NCBI RefSeq assembly: GCF_000143415.4
Contig: NW_003314290.1
Location: forward strand, 248,001 to 312,000
Length of the DNA stretch: 64,000 nt
Direction: 5' to 3'
Source: Selaginella moellendorffii
Lineage: Eukaryota; Plantae; Lycopodiophyta
Shown in pieces: positions 49,155-60,973 of the stretch. The stretch's first letter is position 1, and every line of letters begins with the position of its first letter. Below the pieces are notes generated by a model. It did not search any database. It was not told the DNA's origin and saw nothing but the letters and a program-made list of their open reading frames with translations. The translations under genes and the position numbers were made by a program.

Positions 49155-49438
49155 AAGAAAACCATTCGGATTGTAAGCTAGAAAAGGAGAAAACCATTCC
49201 TGTTAACCATTGTATCACCTCTCTCGGACCTTCTCGGACTCACTCATCTCGGACTTACGGACTTGGATGGAAAAAGCATCCATTTCAATACGAATTGAAA
49301 TGCTCTGTTGCTCTTCTGTACACTAGGATGCTTGCTTGCTCTGGACGGAGCTCCAACTTCGGTTGGATCCATCCTAGCTATAAGTGATAGATCATTGCGG
49401 CAGCCTCTCTCCCTCCCCCCTCGGTTCACCAGGAGTGT

Positions 49439-51279
49439 TTATGGCGATGTCGCGGTTGCCTCCTTGGCTTTGCTTTGGTAGTATTCAACGAGGACTTTCC
49501 AGCCCCCGGGGCACATGAACCCGTCTGGTGGACTTTCGCCGCTCTTGGCAAAGTTTCTCATCTGCATTTCCAGAAAGCTCGTTAATTTAAAAGGATGCAG
49601 AATAAAAAGAGCACAAACCTTGGTGCCAGAGATGAAGACGAAATCCTGAGGTCTCGAAGGATCAAAGAACGCCATTTTGCTCTTCGTTTTGTCATACGCC
49701 GCCACCTGAATCCAAAAGAGAAGTGAACAAGATATTAGTTTCCGCAACTCACGAGCACAAAGGAACGTTACCCTGAAAGGAAGGATGTTCAAGCGCTCCA
49801 ATCCAGGAGCCATGCTGAGAACCAGCTTCCCGTGGTCCGCGTCATACAGATCACGTTTTTCAATGGGGTGTCCCATTCCTGCCGGATCACGGCCAACGAT
49901 GTAGAAGTTGGCACCCGCGTTGATTCGAGCTTTGGCGTGCCATTGGACTTCCGTTGGCCCGGCGTAATGCATTGGCGAGGGGAAGATTGCCACCACCGTT
50001 GTCTCTGGATCCAACACACCTGCTTTGAGAACCTTCACAAAGACAATGACAAATGTAAGAACGTAGAAAACACGCCGCGAAAATAAAAATCAAACCTCGT
50101 CGTGCTGCCTCATACGCCACTCGAGAGGAACATCGTCGGCCTTTGTGAAGCCACCAAGAGGATGGAGCAGTAGAATTGGATTCTTATACCCCATCTCCAG
50201 CAGCCTCCGTCGCGTGTCCGTCATCAAGAGCGCATGGCCGTTGTGCACCGGATTCCTCAGCTGGAATGCAAACACCGCGTCGGCCTTCCTTCTCGCAAAC
50301 TCGGCACGCAACTCCATCGGCGAGAGCCTGTAGTGATCCAAGCCATCGTTGTATTTGACGCGCTTGAGAACCTCCAAGTCCCCTCCAATCAACCAGTTAC
50401 CCGCATTGGTGATGGACTCGTCGACGTAAGGCAAGCCAGGAGCAGTGGTTCCCCAAGTCCTCGCGATTCGCTCCTCCTTGTTATGTTTGTAAATCTCGAT
50501 GCTGGAAAGAGCAAACTAGAGATTAGTGGAAAAAAGAAAGATAGCGACAAGCTCAATCAGTGAAGCAGCACAAACAAGCAAAAACTTGGACATGGTGGAA
50601 ATGGACTAAAGAAATGGACAAGCACTTACTTGGAGAGGATAGCCACCATGTCGCCTTGGGGACCAACGAGCGTTACGCTACTGGCGTTCCCAATGCTCTC
50701 CTTTTGCTCGTCGTCAATGGCCAGGACGATGGGAATCGACATATTCGCGAGGAGTCCATTGGGCATGCGCAGCGAATTGAAATGCAGCGCCTGCAAGTAC
50801 TCGGCCTGGCGCATGAACCCCTTGAGCGGGCTCGCCCATCCCTCGCTCACGACATGGATCCACTCCAGATCGATCTGGCCGATCTTCACCTGGACCAAAC
50901 CCCTGGCCTCGGATTCCTTCTCCGCCGCCTTGGAATCCGGCACCAGCAGATCCACCAGCGCGCCGCCGTCCGGCTCAATCAGTTCCGCCGCCGCCGGCTT
51001 GGCGCTGGCGCCGAGAAACGCCCCATTTACCTCGAGAACTCTGTCGATCTCCGCGACCCTGGGCGTAACATCCCTTTCCCGCGGCATCCTGCGATCGCTG
51101 GCGGTGAATCTGGCGCTCAATCGAGTGGATTGCTGGAGGCCCGCGAAGAAATGCGATGCCGCCGGAGCTTCCACCCTTTCCTGCCAAGAAATTAGGGCTT
51201 GAGAGGGCGCCGAAGGCGACGGACGGTATGGCGCCGCAAACGTGACGTCCCTGCCATACAATGTCGCTAAAGGCGCCAT
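49439..51279 (-). CDS. APS: ATP sulfurylase with N-terminal transit peptide; 5 exons
   Basis: [54 protein letters not shown]. Confidence 0.97.
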
Positions 51280-51763
51280 GGCCTCCTCTTAAACCCTAGA
51301 AAATCGATCGATCGCGAGCGAGAGGAGAAGAGGAGGAATGTTTCTAGAGCTACACTCGTTCCAAAGTTAATTTATACTGCCCTTTTCCACCATAGCCTTT
51401 GAGCCTCTGGTTTTTTTTTTTTTTGCAATAGCAAAATCTAGCCGATTTCCGGGACAGGTACGGAAGACGTTCGTGGCAGCTTCCGAGTGACACGTGGTAG
51501 CGATTTGCACTCGTGGCCGGCCCCTGGCCGTCGATGGACGTGACCTTTATTTAGGCCGACGGACAGGATTCCCGCGCTGGTTTCGGACCAGGGGGGACTC
51601 ACCTCCAACGTTGGAAGCCAATTTTGACTTCTTAGCAAAATTACGACGAATATGCCACTTTTTCATTAGCTTCCCTAAAAGGAATAGTTTTAGAATATGC
51701 TACGAAATGGATATGCCGTTTTTCGTTATATGGATCTTCGAATATTCCAGTCTTCTCTTACTC

Positions 51764-52261
51764 TCAGCTCAAGTCCATGGCACTGGCTTGGCCATGGCCG
51801 CCGGACGCCGGAACAGCGATTTGGCGGAACCGCTCTAACTCAAAAGGCCTGGTCTCACACCGCCGCTTCACACACCTCTCGAATCCTCCTCCATCACTGC
51901 TGGACGGGCTCGAGGGGATCACCGCCATGGCAGCGGTGGAAGATTCCCTCTTCCTCCTCACGCCCCTCGCCGCCTCCTGCTCCGCCAGCGTCAGTGGAAA
52001 GATCTGGCCACTCACGCGGCAAATGCTACTGTACGCATCATACAGGATCCTCTGGTTGCAATTCTTGTCACAGACGTGAGAGCTCCCAGTGGAGAGGCAG
52101 CGGTAAAGGTTGGCCCAGACGTGCTCGACCTGGCACGAATGGTTACACCTGTGGTAGCCACCGGTGGTAGCACCAACGCCACCGTTACCATTACCACAGA
52201 GGCTCGAGAGATAGACCACATTGGTGCCACCGATTGGCAATCTGCCACCATCAAACTCCAT
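51764..52261 (-). CDS. Small Cys/His-rich conserved protein (resembles the SKIP31 C-terminal / Herpes_UL92-like domain)
   Basis: HRCNHSC..NLYRCLSTGSSHVCDKNC..ICRVSG metal-ligand pattern; family assignment is from memory. Confidence 0.7.
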   Translation of the reverse strand: MEFDGGRLPIGGTNVVYLSSLCGNGNGGVGATTGGYHRCNHSCQVEHVWANLYRCLSTGSSHVCDKNCNQRILYDAYSSICRVSGQIFPLTLAEQEAARGVRRKRESSTAAMAVIPSSPSSSDGGGFERCVKRRCETRPFELERFRQIAVPASGGHGQASAMDLS

Positions 52262-53472
52262 GGTTTTCGAGATTGATCAGCTTTCTTTCACCTTTGGGTT
52301 CTTTTTCCGCGAGAATCGATTGATCGATGGTGAGACCGCTGCCTCGTCCCTCCCGAGACCTGCCATCCGACCCGTGACAAGGAAAACCCCCAAGCACCCG
52401 CGTCAATCTGGTGAAACTGGAATGAAATATCGAGAAATCCTAGTACAGGCCAGCAATGTGAGAGATTTCTAGACCCCCCCGCATGAGAATCGAGCGAAAT
52501 TTCGAGGCAGAGCATGGGAAAGAGCGAAATTTCGATGTGAAGAAACCCCCAGTTGGAAGAAGAGCGAATGAGGAGGAAGAGAAGGCGCCATACCTTTCAG
52601 GAGAGCGCCGGTTCTCGCCGTAGCCCTGTCGACGCAGGAGAGCGCGAAAAGATGTTAGAACACAAAACCCTGGCGATGGAATTCCTGAGAGAAATGCCGC
52701 ACCTGGACAGCAGCAGAGATTTGCGCGGCGCTTGCGATGGCACAGCACCTCCGCCCTGGATTTGCCCTGGCGCCTCGACAGCGCCTTGTCGCTCGCTCCG
52801 CACTTCCCCGCGCAGCGAAATGCTACAAACAAACAAAAAGGCCTAAATTTTTCCCCTTGTAAGCTTGGCCGTCGATCTCCCTGTAACCAACGGCTGGATT
52901 TGCAGGAGTTTGGTGATCGACGACAGTGAAGTTTTCACGTGTTTTGTGTCACTCGAAACGCTGAGAGGCCCACAAAGTCAACAAAGCGGATGAGCGACCG
53001 CTCGTCCTGGAGGAAGCGATCGCTCCACAGCATATCCTTGTGCAAGGGAGGGAATATCTCAGAGGTTACAAGTGAGGGTCTCGTGTTAAGATCTATCACG
53101 GGAAGTACCAGGTATCGATCCAGGATTGAGTGACCAACTGTTCACACTGGGAGCAAAAGGGATTTTGACAAGATCTAGCTTACTTTAACACCTGTTCACA
53201 CGAACGTGGCTAAATTATAGCGTATGGTTTCCCATTGCACCCAACGTTGTCGTCTATGCGGGAAATTCCTTTGTGCGAAGTCGTGGAGCCCTAGAATGGG
53301 ACAGGAGCTGCGATGGCGCGTCTCCGGCGCTTAGGTCTGGCGCCTTGATCCAGGTACGTGAAATTTCGCCCAGCGGCAGAACTTCTTGGATTGGCGCTGA
53401 TGATTGGAATGTCGATCGGGTGTGGGATGGGGATCATAGCTGCTGCGCATCGGATCAAGCTCTAGTGCAGCC

Positions 53473-56400
53473 ATGCCATCGCTACAGATCGCTCAGGCCC
53501 TCCGGCCTAGCTCAAAGAGGTAGGTCTTTTGCCTTTCTTTTGGCTTGTCGACAAGGATGCCACTTACAGGAGAGCGCTAGCGATCACGGCAGCCGTGCTG
53601 ATTGCCGGAGGAGGTTTTGCTTATGCGAGCTCGGTCTTGGCGCAGAGAAACTCCGCAAGAAAGCTCGTCTCGCAGAATGGAATTATTCCGGAAAGGCCAA
53701 CCAGTCAGGTCGACGCTAGCATTGAAGCAAATAAATCTACTCGCTCTCGAAAGCCAAGAAAGAGTGGTCTAAAGTCTCTGAAGATACTTCTTGGCATTCT
53801 GTCTGCCCAGCTCGGGAATCGTGGGGCGAAGTATCTTGGCTACCTCGTTGCGATTGCGGTATGCGATCACCTTATTCGTTCTGGCTCTTAACAACTTTAT
53901 TTTATTTTTACGCAGGTGTTGAAGACTACACTCAGTAACCGGCTTGCAAGAGTTCAAGGCTTTCTCTTCCGTGCCGTGTTCCTGAAGAGGGTGCCGCTGT
54001 TTATACGTCTTATAACGGAGAATGTTATTCTATGCCTTCTGCAATCAGTGCTTATATCAACGACGAAGTACCTTACTGGCAACTTGTGCCTGCATTTTCG
54101 GAAAATCCTTACTGACCGAATTCACCACGACTATTTCCAGGTAGGAAGGGAGATCTTACTGGTGTTGATGTTTCGATAGTTAACTTGGTCTATGTTCTGG
54201 CAGAACATGACGTACTACAAGATGTCTCATGTGGATCGCCGTATTTCCAACCCTGAGCAGCGCATTGCCAGTGATATCCCGAGGTTCTGCACTGAACTTT
54301 GCGATCTGATACAGGAAAACATCTCTGCCGTATTTGACGGACTTCTGTATACTTGGCGATTGTGCTCTTATGCGAGTCCAAAATATGCATTTGGAATTCT
54401 AGTAAGTAACGTACGGTTGAGGCTTTTCGTAAAACTCTTTCTTTCAGGGGTATGTGATCGGCGCAGGTGTTATCACCGGGACTTTGTCACCACCTTTCGG
54501 GCGACTCATGTCTACGGAACAACAGCTTGAGGGTGACTACAGGCAACTCCACTCTCGACTAAGAACTCACTCCGAGAGCATTGCTTTTTATGGGGGACAG
54601 GAAAGAGAGGCATCGATCATCTCTCAAAGATTCAGATCGCTCTACAAGCACCTGGGCTCTGTCCTTTACACCCAGTGGTGGTTCGGAATGATTCAAGACT
54701 TCTTATTGAAGTATTTGGGAGCGACGTTTGGTGTTGTTCTGATCATTGAACCCTTTTTCGCTGGCACACTGAAGCCTGATCATTCGACATGGGGCCGTGC
54801 TTTGATGCTTAGCAACATGCGGTATCACACCAGCGTAATTATTTCGCTTTTCCAGTCTATGGGTGTTCTAGCAACAACTCCACGTAGATTATCTCGAATG
54901 AGGTACGAGATCTCTTCATATGACCAGTTGGCTGATTTTCCCTTCAGCGGCTATGCGGACCGTATTTACGAGCTTATGTCAATTGCAAGAGATATAAGAG
55001 TGGTTGGTGGAAATGCTAAACGCAATAAGGAAACCGGGAGCTATTTTGTTGAGGCCAACTATATCGAGTTTGAGGGAGTAAAGGTAATTCTTAACGTCTC
55101 GGAACAATATTCTGAAAGTATGCTTGCAGGTAGTCACACCTACGGGAGCTACTTTGGTCGAGGATTTGACGTTGAAGGTTGAGCCCGGATCTAATCTATT
55201 AATTACTGGTATGGCAACATGGTGCCTTTGCATGTCGTCTTTAATGTGCCTTTCGGATCTCAGGCCCGAATGGAAGCGGCAAGAGCTCGCTGTTTAGAGT
55301 TCTCGGGGGCCTCTGGCCCTTAGTGTCTGGTCGAATTGCAAAGCCGGGAGTAGGCTCGGGCCTGAACCATGAAATTTTCTATGTTCCTCAACGTCCTTAC
55401 ACATCCATCGGAACTTTGCGTGATCAGCTGATCTATCCTCTTACTCCAGCCGAAGAAACTCAGCCTCTCACTATTGACGGCATGCGCGACCTACTAAAAA
55501 ACGTACGCTTTCCAGTCTTGGCTTGTATATTTTGCTAATTGTATGTCGTTCAGGTTGATTTGGAATACCTGCTTGATCGTTATCCCTCGAGTCAGGAAGT
55601 GAATTGGAGTGATGAACTTTCCCTTGGGGAACAACAGAGGCTTGGAATGGCACGCTTGTTTTATCACAGACCCGCATTCGCTATCTTAGATGAGTGTACG
55701 AGCGCTGTCACGACCGACATGGAAGAGCGCTTTTGTGCAGAAGTAAGGGCCATGGGTACCTCATGCGTGACCATATCTCACAGGCCTGCGCTGGTCGCTT
55801 TTCATGATACAGTTCTATCTCTTGATGGCGAAGGTGGATGGAATGTACATTACAAGAGGTACTTGCAGTTCATTTCCTTATCATCTTAAACTAACCTTGT
55901 CCTTTTAGAAATGCTCCTCCTCTTACCTTGCCGGAGACCACCAAAATGACTGTTGCAGAGGACGTCACTGATCGTAAAAGTGACGCTTTTTATGTTCAGA
56001 AACTCTTTTCTGACACGAAGGTAAGAACTGTGTTAAAGTTGAGTTTTCTAACACTTAACATTCAGGATGATCCTACGCAAGATTCGAAACCTCAAGATTC
56101 TTACGTTCGTGCAGTTCTTGCAGTTTCTCCTCCACGAAGTTCTGGCATTGTTCCTTCTGTCCCTCGATTGCAAATTGAGCAGCAGAAAATGCCTGCACGA
56201 GTGTCCGCGCTTTTGAAAATTTTGGTATGGCATTTCATATGTTCGAACTCGTTTCTGATTTTTTGCGGCTTCTTGAAAAGGTACCAACGCTGTCTGACAA
56301 GCAAGGAGCCCAATTGGTTGCGGTTGCGTTATTGGTGGTGGGGCGAACGTGGATTTCTGATCGCATTGCCGACCTTAATGGTAGTGACGCTCACGGTTTC

Positions 56401-58830
56401 CTTCTTATCGTAGCTTTTGTGACGCAGGAACAAGTGTCAGGCATGTCTTGGAACAGGACAAGTCAGCGTTTATTCGGCTCACTGGTGTCAGCGTGTTACA
56501 AAGCGCTGCTTCATCTATCGTAGCACCATCCTTAAGGTCTCTAAGATATATCAACTGATCCTTAAGGTCTCTAAGATATATCAACTGTTAAATTTAATTT
56601 TTTGTCTTCAGGTACTTGACAGCAAGACTTTCCATAGGCTGGAGAAGAAGGTTGACAGAGCATATATCGAAACTTTACTTTAGAAACAACGCGTTTTACA
56701 AAGTGAGTTCATCGCTTCTTTTTCGAAGTGCTTGTTTTACGCTGATGCGGATCGCCTTTGCGAAGGTCGTTAATCTTTCTCCCTGCACTGACGCGGATCA
56801 ACGGTTAACGCAAGATACGGAAAAACTTTGCGGGGACGTGGCCGGTCTTGTTACTGGCATGGTAAAACCACTGGTTGACATCGTATGGTAAGTGTCCAGC
56901 TGAAAAGCTTTTGTTTATCTGAAAAGCTTTACGACGCCTGCAATTCAGGTTTACATTGCGGATGAAGATGCTTACTGGAAAAAGGGGCGTCGGCATTTTA
57001 TATGCATACATGCTACTGGGTCTTGGATTTCTTCGTTGCATCACACCTGATTTTGCGGCTTTAACTAGCCAAGAACAGCAATTGGAAGGATCATTCAGGT
57101 TATTCACAAACGGTTTCTCTTATATTCCTGACATTGTTATCTACAGATACATGCATTCTCGGCTCTGCAGTCATGCAGAGTCCGTTGCTTTCTTTGGTGG
57201 CGGATCAAGAGAAAAGGCGGTAAGTCAGTTGCATTTGCTTTACGTTTTATTTATCGGCTTTCTGCAGGTCATTGAGCAACGATTTAACTCTTTGCTAAGA
57301 CACGATCGGAAGCTATTGAAAAAGCGGTGGACATTTGGAGTGGCAGATGAGTTTGTCACGAAGCAGCTACCACACATTGTGACATGGGCGTTGAGTTTGC
57401 TTTACGCTGTGGAACATACTGGCGATCGATCTTCGACTTCTGTACAAGGTAGGCAGGGTTCGGTGCCTGACATTTTTTAACCTCTTTATCGGCAGGAGAG
57501 CTGGCCCATGATTTGCGTTTCCTAGCCTCTGTTGTGTCCCAAAGCTTTCTTGCGTTCGGTGATATATTGGAGCTGTACAGAAAGTTTCTTGAGTTGTCTG
57601 GGGGAATTGCCAGAGTATCAGAGTTGGAGGAACTTGTTCGATCTGCACAACACGGTATGTGTTTACACTATTATTTTCATTTTCATATCTAATAGCGAGC
57701 ACATTTTAGAGGCCAAACCTGCCTGTACATCTTCTACAGATCCTCTAAAACTGATAGAAGAAACTCGAATTTCGTCAAAGTCATTGCTACTCGAAGATAA
57801 CGACGAGATTATTTTTTCGGACGTGGACATTGTTACTCCGTCGCAGAAGATGCTTGCCAGAAAGCTATCGTTCAGGGTACAACCAGGACAGAGCATGCTG
57901 ATAACTGGTTAGCCTCGAAGTCCTTTGTTTGTTCATTGCTAACTGCGATGGTGCCAGGACCAAATGGGAGTGGTAAGAGTTCGCTCTTTCGTGTCCTTGG
58001 TGGACTGTGGCCGATTGTTAGTGGATGCGTATCGAAGCCTGGGAAGATTGTCACTGACAACACCAGTATTGAAGTAAGCACCGGCTTAAGTCGAGAAATA
58101 TTTTACGTGCCTCAGCGCCCGTATACGGCCTTGGGAACTCTCCGGGATCAAATCATCTATCCCTTGACGCTCAACGAGGCAATCATCAAAGTTCTCCATG
58201 AAGCGAAGAAAGGTACGTCCGTTCCTCGTTTCAGCCTTCGCCATATTGTCTTTGTGTAGGTGATGCAAGTTTGGGAGTGGACCATGTCGATTCCACTAAA
58301 GAAGCCACGGAGCTTCTCGATTCAAAGTTGCGGTTTATATTAGAAAACGTCAGGCTCGTGTATTTGTTGCAGAGAGAAGGTGGCTGGAACACTCCCGCTA
58401 ACTGGGAAGACATGCTGTCGCTGGGAGAACAACAACGCCTTGGAATGGTATTATTGTAACCTGTGTTTCCAGGTTTTCTGACCCGGGATTGCTGACAGGC
58501 GCGACTCTTCTTCCATCATCCGAAGTTTGGAATTCTGGACGAATGCACCAAGTAAGCTCTTAAAGTCTTTCCAGCCGTTTTTCTCACCAAGTCCCATGCG
58601 ATAACAGTGCTACGAGCGTGGATGTGGAGGAAGGCCTCTACAAGCAGGCTCACGCACTGGGCATCACGATCGTCACAATCTCCCAGGTACTTGCCAAGAG
58701 TTATCCAGAATAGAGCGCTCTACTAATTCGTCCCTGCCAGCGTCCCGCCCTCATTCCATACCACTCAAACGAGCTCCGCCTGGTCGATGGAGAAGGAAGC
58801 TGGGAGCTGCGATCTATTAAATCAACCTGA
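53473..58830 (+). CDS. ABCD1: Full-size peroxisomal ABCD transporter (COMATOSE/PXA1/PED3); >20 exons
   Basis: MPSLQ start; NPEQRIASD; ESIAFYGG and ESVAFFGG (EAA-like); two GPNGSGKSS Walker A motifs; two LSLGEQQRL signatures; two ILDECT. Confidence 0.97.
56528..56587. repeat. Perfect 30-bp tandem duplication across an ABCD1 exon/intron boundary
   Basis: atccttaaggtctctaagatatatcaactg occurs twice in tandem. Confidence 0.97.
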
Positions 58831-58981
58831 GCATAGAGCTGTGTAAAAAAGAAAACGAATCGATTCAGGGCAACTCACTGTACACAATACAAGACACTGG
58901 AATCCAGAGGTAAATCCTGGAACCTCGGTTTTTTGCTTTTTTTGTTCTTTCTTCTAACTCCTGTTTTAGCAGTAGCAGCGC

Positions 58982-59452
58982 TCAAAAGCAAGCATCCAGA
59001 AGGCAGCAGCAGCACATTGCTGCTAGGCTGCACCAGTAAAACCAGATTATTATTCTTTTCTTCTCCTTTTTTCCTTGGATCTTAGATGGTTCTTAAGCTC
59101 TGTGGTTTTTTTAGAAACTTACCATCCTTCCAGGCAGCCAACATTGGATTGATTCTGTGGAGACTGGCCATAAGGCTGATACTGGTGATACATTTGAGGC
59201 TGGTGTGGTGGATAGTAAGAAGAAGCTCCTCCACCATAGCTAGCAACAATGAGAGATCCTTGTTGCTGGGTGGGAAAGCCTGGTGGGGGATGGAAATGTG
59301 GATGGGAGTGTGGTGAGAGGGGTGGGGGATAACCTGAAAAACAGAGAAAGAATCCTAGAGAGTGGAAGTTGCTCTTTTTTACCTGGTGGAGGGTAGCCTT
59401 GATATGGAGGTGGCAAGATTGGAGGAGTCTTGTGTTCCCCATAGTGATGCAT
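58982..59452 (-). CDS. CYSTM (GYPP-rich, cysteine-rich transmembrane module) protein; 3 exons
   Basis: MHHYGE..QGYPPP|GYPPP..GCLEG|CLAAMCCCCLLDACF*. Confidence 0.9.
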
Positions 59453-60973
59453 CCCACCACCAGTGCTGGAGCCCTCGCCCTGCGCTGGAGGAGGATCTAC
59501 GTCCGCGAGCCCCAGGATGAGCGACTTGTAAGTAGCCCTAACTTTTGAACGTAGGCATATTCTAATTCCAGCTGATCTAACTGGCTATAAATAGATAATA
59601 AATTTTTTATTATTTCAAGATAGTATAATACTCATGATTTATTATTTCACTAATAATATTAACAAGCATTAATCTTTATTAATGGACTTCGTTGTTGACA
59701 AAGTGCAAACTTAACAAAATAATTGTTGTTGATCTATTCACACAACCAAGATTGAAAACTAAAAAAAAACAATAGTCTTAAAAGATTTTATATTCACATC
59801 CAGGTTTTATACCCATACAAGAGTAAAACATGACAATGCTAACTTGAAGGTAAATTGCTGAGTTCAGCTCCCTGGGCTTGTCCAACTCAAATAAAAAAAA
59901 ATAGCAAATATTAAAAAAATTATAAACCTTTATTGTAAATATTGTAAAATAGTAGTGGAGTAGGCTAAAGAGCAATCCCAAAAAATAATCTTGTAATTAC
60001 TATTGAAAAAGCTGAGGAAGTCATTTCTCTTTCATAAATGATATTAAAAAACAGGGTGACAAATACAAGGACTACATGAGAAAATTTTATTAATAGTTAA
60101 AAAATAATTTAACTATTTACATAAGTAATTAAGACTTTTTAAACATTGTATTTAGTAAACTAAATTTTATCTAATAAAAAGAATTAAAATAAAATCTCTA
60201 TTAAATATTACAAAACAAAAAACGTTCTCAAACCTTAGCTAGATATACTGGCTAACCAATTTTTTTTTCTTATAATGTAAATTTCAATTACATTTGATAT
60301 TATTTCTTGAAAATTTAAATGACAATATATTTAATTAATTAATTAGACATGACTAAAGACTATTAGAATACAAAAACTAATAATTTTCAATTACAATGCA
60401 TATTAAAATAAATGAGATATATGCAGTGTCCTTGAAGATACCCATGGAGCATCATCATTACCGAGGTTTGAAACCCTAAATTCCTTACCAACCTCTAGAT
60501 TATTACATTATATATTTTTATCTTTTTCTACATAACAGTAAAAGTTAAATATTTAAAAACCAATCACAGCTTTACAACCTTAATAAATTTAAGAATTGTT
60601 TTTTCATAATGTAATAAAAATATTTAAATTTTATAAAAAATTTAAATAACTTAATATAAAAATATTAAAGATATAGTGGTACTCTTTGTTATATTAATAA
60701 ATTTATAAATATTATATAAAAGTTATTACCATTATATTGGAATACAACCAAATATAGTCAATTACAATAATATTCAATATCAATTTAATATCCAATTTGA
60801 AAACACTTTATGTTATATATATTTTATTTTATTCAACTATCACAATAAAGAATCTGTTAATGAAAAGAAAAGATATTTTTTAAAATTAATTATCCTTTTC
60901 TACTTCTGGAGCAAGTATATTAATTATATAAATATTTAAAATATCATAACAAAATAATAATAACATCAATTTC

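Noticed and set aside
50782-50802. miR395 target site at the homologous position in ATP sulfurylase
   Set aside because: The sequence (GAGTACTTGCAGGCGCTGCAT) has too many mismatches and wobbles to the canonical miR395 complement.
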